A stretch of DNA of 64,000 bases, taken from the NCBI GenBank assembly GCA_951406725.2, contig OX597816.1, positions 138,198,001 to 138,262,000 on the forward strand, read 5' to 3'. The notes under the pieces are model-generated. The model did no database searches and had not been told where the DNA came from. It was given only the letters and a program-made list of their open reading frames with translations. This stretch comes from Octopus vulgaris (taxonomy: Eukaryota). Both the position numbers and the translations under genes were made by a program. This document shows positions 55,290 to 64,000 of the stretch, piece after piece (the stretch's first letter is position 1; each line of letters opens with the position of its first letter).

Positions 55290-55695
55290 GTGAAGTATAT
55301 TTGCCACTTAAATGTGGCTAACCCCTTAGGGTGGATGCTACTGTAGCTTGTAGCCCCTGGAGGACACCTCCTCCAGCTGGCTATTAACACACTTTCTGTG
55401 CCCTATCAATATTTGGAAAGGGAAGTCATCCTTCCCATCTTCAACCTGTATGATACACACGGACTCGAGTTTCTGAGTATTGACCCATCATCAGCGTTTG
55501 ACAATCACCGTTTGTCGATGAAAAGTAGGTTCCCGATGCAAATATCCTTCTTCCAGAGACGAAAATTTGCAAATACTGAGAGGGCACAGAAAGTATGTCA
55601 ATAGCCAGCTGGATGAGGTGTCTTCCTGGGGCTACAAGCTACAGTAGCATCCACCCTTAAGGGTTAGCCACATTTAAGTGGCAAATATACTTCAC
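55290..55695. mobile_element. ~130-bp inverted repeats enclosing a hammerhead (Penelope-type inverted remnant or MITE)
   Basis: Arms 55290-55419 and 55566-55695 (gtgaagtatatttgccacttaaatgtggctaacc...). Confidence 0.8.
55456..55500 (-). ncRNA. Intact canonical type I hammerhead ribozyme motif
   Basis: CAAACG-CUGAUGA-UGGGU-caau-ACUCA-GAAA-CUCGAG-UC^CGUGUG. Canonical core, 5-bp stem II, palindromic stem III ACUCGAGU, GUC triplet and stem I with 5 of 6 pairs. Confidence 0.8.
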
Positions 55696-56749
55696 TAGAT
55701 ATATATATATATTTTTACGAAGGGTTTCTTTCAGTTTCCGTCTACCAAATCCACACACAAAGTTTTGGTCGGCCTGAGTCTATAATAGAAGACTCTTACC
55801 CAACGTATCACGCAGTGGGATTGAATCCAGAACCATGTGGTTGAAAACCAAACTTTTTACTACACACCTACGTCTGCACCTACATGTGTATGACATTGAT
55901 ATGAATACAAGAAACTAGATGATAATATAAGTACGGGTGTATGAGAATGCGTAAGTGCGTGTGCACAGGTGTGTATGTTAACGCGCACGGGCGTATATAG
56001 ACGTAAGGGTATATATAAGCATTAGCGTTTGTGTAGATGTGGGTGTGCGTGGGCATAAGTGAAAGCTTATGAATAAACCTCATGGAGAAGCCAATCGACA
56101 GAAAATGAAAGCGCATGGATTTGTGGTTAGAGCATCAGGTTCACAAATATGAGGTAGTGAGTTTGATTCCCAGACCGGGTTGTGTGTTGTGTTCTTGAAC
56201 AAGACACTTTTTTTCACATTGCACCAGTTCACTCATTTGTAGAAATGAGTTGCGACGTCTCTGGTGCCAAGCTGTATCGGCATATGCTTTACCCTTGGAT
56301 AACACCGCTGGTGTGGAGGAGGGAGTTTGGTATGCATGGATGACAGCTGGTCACCTTGTCCGGACTTGTGCCTCAGAGACTAACTTTTTAAGTGTAATTC
56401 TATGGTCATTCATGATCGAAGGGGGTCTTTACCTTTTACCTATCGACAGTGAGAATCAGATGTTGCGCAAGATCTAAAAGTCCCTCGTCATTTGTACTCA
56501 TCCTATTTAATGCAGGTGTCCCCAACTACCGTGCCGTAGACCAGTATTGGGTCATGGATCATTTAGTACCGAACAGTAAAAAAATAAACTTTTAAATTTT
56601 ATTTGTTTTTTATTGACTATATCATTGACAATCACTGGCCTGGCTGTGTGGGAAGATGTTTACTTCCCAAACGTGGGCAAGAAGTTTTTTTGTGAGTGGA
56701 TTTGGTAGACGGAAACTAAAAGAAACCCGAACTGTATGTGTGTGTGTGT

Positions 56750-56821
<72 letters not shown>

Positions 56822-57039
56822 GTGTGTGTGTGTGTGTGTATGTGTGTGTGTGCGTGTATGTTTGGGAACTGACAGTTAGGCTGTCAGGAGCAATTGAATT
56901 GTATTTAATTTTACCTACCCTTGAAGAAAGAAAAACTAATGTATATTTGAGCGAAGTTTGAACTACGTCGGGCATTTTCTCAGTTGCTCTAGCTTTTTGT
57001 CTAAATCATCGTGGCTTTTAGACTCCTTAAATATTCTGC

Positions 57040-57320
57040 GCTAATGAAGTGATGAGGACGAGATTCAAGTTGATGGCTTATGGTTGGCTGTTTGGAAATA
57101 TGAGCAAAGTGAGCGGTCCAGAATGATGCAGTTCTTTTTGATAAGTAAGCTGAAGGGGCTACAGACAAAACGATAGAAATCAAAAGAGATGTACAAGTAT
57201 CGGAGGGATTCGGGCATGTGTAGTAGAAAGTCTACTGGATCAGAAAAGAAGATGATGTTACAACTGTAGAAGAGACAAGATAAGTAAGATAGGCATTGAC
57301 TTAATCTCAAAAGAATTACA
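57040..57320 (-). mobile_element. Highly decayed CR1/L2/Jockey-like LINE 3' fragment
   Basis: SCLFYSC and KRTASFWTAHFAHI resemble the LFYRY and PRT..LWN.LP motifs at LINE ORF2 C-termini. A similar remnant lies at about 3545-3700(-). Confidence 0.35.
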
Positions 57321-57466
57321 GACATGAAGAACACTATAAACTACTCAATTTCGCATAAAATTATAACTCCAGACAAAAGCTGAGACATTATTTCTGTCGA
57401 AGTTATAGCATACTTAAACGCAAGCACTAACACAAGGACACGTTTACACACACACACGGACATACA

Positions 57467-57514
<48 letters not shown>

Positions 57515-57564
57515 CACACACACACACTCGCATGCACGCGCACACAGTCAAACATACACATCTC

Positions 57565-57826
57565 ACCATAAAAAGTCAAGAGGCATGTGAGGTGAATATA
57601 TTTATTCAACCACTTGATGTTTGTAGGATTACGGCCGTTTCGCAGCCTTCATCATGTAATAATAATTTCAATGTATAATGAATAATTTCAGTGTATATAA
57701 TTATAATTATATGCACTATGTATAAATATTATTACACGATGAGGATTGCGAAACCTCCGTAATCCTACGGATCTCAAGCGGTTAAGTAAATATACTCACC
57801 TCCCATTGCGTCTGACATTTTATGGT
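57565..57826. repeat. Diverged 260-bp palindrome with hammerhead-like motifs in both arms
   Basis: accataaaaagtca..gaggtgaatatattta..gtaggattacgg is mirrored by ccgtaatcctac..taaatatactcacctc..tgacattttatggt. Confidence 0.75.
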
Positions 57827-58011
57827 CTATATACTGCTCATTAAATAATTTTAATGGCTAGATCTTTTGGACTTCAGATGCATAGAACTCTGCATTATAC
57901 TCGTCCGTATTGAATTAGCATGAAGTATGATAGCCGGGTCTAAAAGAAATATTTTCTGTGATTACCACAGGATTCTATGAATTCACATATTACGCCATAA
58001 TTACGCATGCA

Positions 58012-58096
<85 letters not shown>

Positions 58097-58352
58097 GAAG
58101 AAAGGGAATGTTCCTTGTATTGTTTGTCTTGTACTCTGTTTTTTCGTTGTAAAAAAAAGTCCGTTTCCTTGTTTGATTTTATGTTTTCGTTTCTCGTTGT
58201 GTTCTACGTTTATTTGTGGTGTCCTGTACTCATATATGCGTGTATATATACATATAGATGTAGGTATGTACATATATGTATGTATGTATGCACGTTTTAT
58301 TTATTAAATTGTTGTTGTATATATAACTATATGTATATATACATATGTATAC

Positions 58353-58406
<54 letters not shown>

Positions 58407-58532
58407 GCACGTATATACGCTCTTCAACTACACATTCATAGACACACATGCACATACCCGCACACAATATGCGTGTAGACACAGTTACAATGCACACATA
58501 TATATGTACATAGATACATTTATTTTTGGTAC

Positions 58533-58663
<131 letters not shown>

Positions 58664-59295
58664 TGTGCTGCATATGAGTGCATATGTGTAATTATATATA
58701 CATAGGTATATATATATAGATATATAAAGAGGTATATATTTATACGTACAAATGTGTAGGTGGAATTGTATGTGAGTCTGTATGCGTTGTGTATGCATGT
58801 GTGCGCACAGGCGCGCTGGCGTGCGTGTGTGTGCGTGCGTGAGAGTGTGTATGTGCTCATGCGTGTGCGCGTGCTGTATAGCATGGAAACGTTTCCTCAA
58901 CACTGGTCGATATTGTCGCTCAGTAATTATTGCAAATATGACAATGATTGATAATTTGGTAGGAAAAAGATGACATACATATTTGTATTTCAGCCATGCA
59001 ATGACGATTAACATTGATAAAGTATTTGTTTTTCTGGACATAAATAGGAATTGAACTCATTACGTGAAGAATGCAAGATATTTCAAATGCTAGTTCTACG
59101 AGATATCTACAATTGATAGACTTGAAATAGCGAAAATACTAAAATATTGCTGTTAAGTACTAACGAGTTTTGGGTAAATAATATATAGCCTCAAGGTGAT
59201 TACAATCAGCGAAATAATTTTGATTCCCTGTTATTGCTATCACATTTTACTTATCATTCTAATACCTTTCGAAAATGGATGAACGATGCCATTAC

Positions 59296-59413
59296 CTTTA
59301 TCCCTCCTTTGGTGTCAATAGAATCTAATGATAAATTGAAGGATACATCTGATGACAAAATTCCAAGCAATTGACTGTATTTATCCGAGTTGCGTGAGAT
59401 GAATGAAATACGG
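59296..59413 (-). CDS. Weak candidate exon
   Basis: Pyrimidine-rich stretch ending tcaag, aag|gtaatg donor, and open frame RISFISRNSDKYSQLLGILSSDVSFNLSLDSIDTKGGIK. Confidence 0.2.
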
Positions 59414-59896
59414 CTTGATTGAGGCATTAAGAAAGACAGGATATAAGACGGCCATTTTCTCAAGAATAACAACTACAACAGACAAGAACACACACACAAA
59501 CATATGTATATGTATATATTTTTATATGAGTGTGCGCATGTATATATATATATGTATGTATGTAAGTATGTATGCATGTTTGTCCAATCTTATTTACAGT
59601 CAAATCGATCTGAGATTCCCACCAAGAATACACAAACCGCGTTAACCTTTCGAGTTAACCTTTAGTTAAGCTCAGTGTTTCCCCAGAATGAAACAGTTCT
59701 GCTATATTGATGAATGTCTTAGCAGACTTACGAATGTCCTCCATTAAATATTAAAACAGTTATAGCAAATGTCAACCTTTCACAGCAGATTGTTTGATTT
59801 TCTCTCTCCCTACAACATTACAACATTATAAGTATGTATGGATATTCTGCAACCAGTCATTAAAAATACCATTATATATATATATATGTGGATGTA

Positions 59897-60030
<134 letters not shown>

Positions 60031-60074
60031 TGCACACACGTATATATATACATAGATATATATGTGTGTATGAA

Positions 60075-60118
<44 letters not shown>

Positions 60119-60240
60119 CGCATATATTTATTCACATATATTCATATATACACATATATACTATATATGTGCATGTGTATGCATGTAATCAAGTATATAA
60201 GTATATATATGTATATTTAAATATACATATATCTATATAC

Positions 60241-60284
<44 letters not shown>

Positions 60285-60300
60285 GTGTATATATATATAC

Positions 60301-60346
<46 letters not shown>

Positions 60347-60383
60347 ATACACACACGCGCGCACTTACGCACACACATACACA

Positions 60384-60456
<73 letters not shown>

Positions 60457-60483
60457 TACATACATACATATATATATATACAT

Positions 60484-60538
<55 letters not shown>

Positions 60539-60820
60539 ATATTTCTGCTTCAGAAAGACGATGTTGCTTCAGTTACATTGTACAACAGTACAAACGTTAA
60601 CCTCCACCGTGTAATAGACGATTATATACAACTTCTCTTTACTAAATTACGTTTCTTCTTTCACCCTTTATTCGTAGACAGAAAATCTGGGACCAGAGAT
60701 CTAATTTCAACTCTGTTTGGAATACTTCAGATATTTTACATACAGACAATTTGTTTACACCTGTTTGTAAATAGAATAATGGTTGATATATTGCCTGGCA
60801 TTTATACATATATACATGAA

Positions 60821-60856
<36 letters not shown>

Positions 60857-61174
60857 TGTATGTATGTATGTATATACTCTTTACGCTTTTACTCTGTGGC
60901 CATGCTGGAGCACCGCCTTTAGTCGAGCAAATCGACCCCAGGACTTATTCTTTGTAAGCCTAGTTAGTACTTATTCTATCGGTCACTTTTGCCGAACCGC
61001 TAAGTTACAGGGACGTAAACACACCAGCATCGGTTGTCAAGCGAAGTTGGGGGGACAAACACAGACACACAAACATATACACACACATAAGTATATACAT
61101 ATATACATATATATATATATACATATATACATATATATATGCACATGTACATATATATGTGTGTGTGTATATAA

Positions 61175-61259
<85 letters not shown>

Positions 61260-61262
<3 letters not shown>

Positions 61263-62438
61263 TGCGTTTCAAATTATCGACGACGTCACATGTTTTCGTT
61301 TCATTGAAAAACTGCTCGTTGGAATTCAATGAAATTTCGATAGAATGATGGCAACAGTTATACGTGCATGCTGGGTAAAAAAGTGAGGTTTTGCACAAGT
61401 GTAAATAAACTGTGCCATTTGCATGATTTCTGCAAGCTTACAGTGTTCCAGATTATTAATAAGTGATCTGATAATCGTGTAAATATGGGCCTTAAATGTG
61501 ACTTCTGGATTTGCAAAAGAAATCAACATTAGCAATATTTAAAATAACTGGAAGATATCACCAAACTGAAAGAATTTGCAGCTCCTACGATGATACTGAA
61601 GGGAATCGACAAGGGTCACTTGAGATCTCTTTCTCAACGTTCTCTGTCACGAATTAAGCGCGATGCTGTAGAGAACCCAGGTCTTACAAATGGAGAACTT
61701 TTCAAGTGCATTTGGCGAAACATCTGTGTCCAGAACCACCTTATGTCTTCTGAAAAAGGTCGATAAATCAATGACATCAGTTAAAAGGCCTCCTTCATAA
61801 AAATACACATACAAAATCGTCTGAAATGGGTAGAAGATAACATGAAGGTCGACTTTTTAAAGATTTTGTTTACGGACGAAACCCATGCTACCCTTGATTG
61901 ACCTCATGGTTGGAGCAAGGGATGTGTTGTAAATGGACGAGATCGTCATCAACGCTTCAGACGCCAACAAGTGGTAGGAGACACCATGATGTGGAGAGGT
62001 GTTATTGGAGGTATTATGGTTGGTCCTTGGAAAATGTCGGACAGTGTTAAAATGACTGCAGACGCTTTCTGGGGGAGCACCTTGAACCTTGGTTAAAATA
62101 GCAAAGCATCACCTTCAACACAACCATAATATTCATGCAAGATAATGTGCCCTCGTGCTCAGCGAAGAAAAACTACAGGGTATCTGCAACAATTAGGCTT
62201 CTGTGGACCTCAGAAGATGAAGTGGCTTGCCTGTTCCCCCGACTTAAACTTGTAGAGTATTCTAAGGCGACGAGTTTGCAAGAATGGACACCAATTTAGG
62301 AACAAGGATGAACTGTGGCAAGTAATATTCAGAGGAGATCTAGAAATTAGCACGTTCCATGGACCAGCGCTTTTACAACTTATTTCCAACAAATACATCC
62401 TTTACTAACCAGCTCACGAATAATTTCTGAACGCTGTT
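61260..62438 (+). mobile_element. Decayed Tc1-like transposon, probably DD37E (TRT-like)
   Basis: ILFTDETHATLD*PHGW, MMWRGVI and FMQDNVPS...MKWLACSPDLN, with about 37 residues D-to-E after frameshift correction. Degenerate TIRs cactgcgtttcaaattat and aataatttctgaacgctg. Confidence 0.7.
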
Positions 62439-62499
62439 TATTTGTATATTTCTATTTCTCCCACGTTTATGACTGTATGTGTTCATTTCAGTATGTACA

Positions 62500-62902
62500 T
62501 CAAACAATTAAATTGATATTTTCTTGTTTTAATTTCTTGTCCAGTTCTGCCTCAGTTTTTGCGAATAGCTTCAGTTCGTCCATGAATGGCAAGTCGTTTA
62601 GTTTACCCTTATCTCTTCCCAGATCATACCCCATCTTTGTTTTCTGTATTTCGCTCAAGGAAATCATTCCCAGTACGAATATCAGTGGGGACACACTGTC
62701 CCCCGGGAAGATTCCTCTCCTGATTTTCACCTCTCCTAGTACTTGCTTCCCTGCTGTCAATTCCGTTCTCCCAGCATTTCATGCTATTCCATATAAGGCT
62801 TCTCATATTTTCTGCTTCTCCAGACATTTCCATTGTTCTTTTTACCCAGAAGTGTGGTATCATATCGTATGCTTTGCGATAGTCAACCCATGCCATGCTC
62901 AT
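62500..62902 (-). mobile_element. R4/Dong-type reverse-transcriptase internal fragment (copy E)
   Basis: MAWVDYRKAYDMIPHFW, IRRGIFPGDSVSPLIFV and LPFMDELKLFAK. Confidence 0.85.
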
Positions 62903-62912
62903 GTTGTTATTA

Positions 62913-62995
<83 letters not shown>

Positions 62996-63618
62996 GAGTG
63001 AGAGAGCAGTTCATGCCATCAAAGTGACACTGGGGTAAAATATACGAAGCCCAATATACCCATCATGACTACCCGTCTGATAAAGGTACACCAGGCACAT
63101 GCATCACAACCATATGTGCGCGACATGGTGATCTCATATCAAGATAAACAGCACATGACCTTGCAGGTGGGGCCCAGTTAGAATTTTCTTCAGGTTGAGT
63201 AGCCCATCCTGCTCAAACGGTCCCTGAATAAGGGTTGTTTTAGGATGTTGAACGAAACACCTATGTTTCCAGAGGTGAACCATTCAAACTCCAAAGAATC
63301 CCTCTCAACACATGGCCATGATGCTCCCCCACTACTTCTGCTCGTGATCAGAGATGCACATATCGTCAGCCACTAAGGGACATGCTCAACTGGTTATGGT
63401 CAAACAACTGACAAGCAAATCTGTGGTATTGAGCAGAATATTTGCTGTAGCCCATCTTTTATACCAAGACAAAACAATGTACATGATAACACTTCCAATC
63501 AGTTAAGATCAGAAGCCATGAGAGCCACTGCCTGGTACTGCATCAGGGCATGGTACTGCATCAGGGCATGGTACTGCATCAGGGCATGGTACTGCATCAG
63601 GGCATAGGGTACTGCATC
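62996..63618 (-). mobile_element. ~555-bp TAA-associated element, copy 3, with reiterated terminal 18-mer
   Basis: Colinear with 20764-21319. ggtactgcatcagggcat x4 at 63534-63605. TTA tracts on both sides. Confidence 0.92.
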
Positions 63619-63717
<99 letters not shown>

Positions 63718-63784
63718 GTAGTAGTAGTAGTAGGAGGAGGAGGAGGAAGAGAGTAGTAGTAATTGCTACTATTATTATTATTAT

Positions 63785-64000
63785 GAGAGAACAACGCATG
63801 CCATCAAAATGACACTGGAGTACAAATATACGAAGCTCAATATTCCCATCATGACTACCCGTTGTGATAACGGTACACCAGGCACATGCATCGCAACTGC
63901 ATGTGCGAGACATGATGAGTTCATATCAAGATACACAGCGCAGAACCTTGGAGTTGAGGCCCAATTAGAATTTTCTTCAAGTGGAGTGGCTCGTTCCACT
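63785..64000 (-). mobile_element. TAA-associated element, copy 4 (diverged, cut by window end)
   Basis: gcatgccatcaaaatgacactggag...catcatgactacccg...acaccaggcacatgcatc, following a TTA tract. Confidence 0.85.

Noticed and set aside
59349-59410. CUGAUGA hammerhead core (also at 6823 and 53232)
   Set aside because: No compatible stems or correctly placed GAAA..UH.
63534-63605. CRISPR-like repeat array
   Set aside because: The 18-bp units are contiguous with no spacers, there are no cas genes, and the context is eukaryotic.

Overview
Eukaryotic, AT-rich and microsatellite-saturated DNA, almost entirely made of transposable-element debris. The SINE families and the TA/CA/TATG/TTA tracts resemble an Octopus (cephalopod) genome; that assignment is from recall, not a search. 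No intact protein-coding gene is evident, and nearly all ORF-track entries are microsatellite translations. Recognisable content: five decayed Tc1/mariner-superfamily transposons (two DD34D mariners, a DD34E Tc1, a DD37D maT and a probable DD37E), two MITEs, a Merlin-like remnant, Helitron-like elements, five fragments of restriction-like-endonuclease (R4/Dong-type) non-LTR retrotransposons, a ~555-bp non-coding element that sits in (TAA)n tracts, and many tRNA-derived SINEs. The main non-obvious signal is about a dozen minimal type I hammerhead-ribozyme motifs, most with palindromic stem III as in Penelope-like elements and retrozymes. Two are structurally complete (55456-55500, and 47970-48011 with a U3-A8 compensatory core) and several occur as inverted pairs. 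Other signals are a head-to-tail train of TAA-associated retroelements (16.9-23.2 kb), (TA)n-centred fold-back duplications, and a few weak minus-strand candidate exons that may belong to a large-intron host gene.
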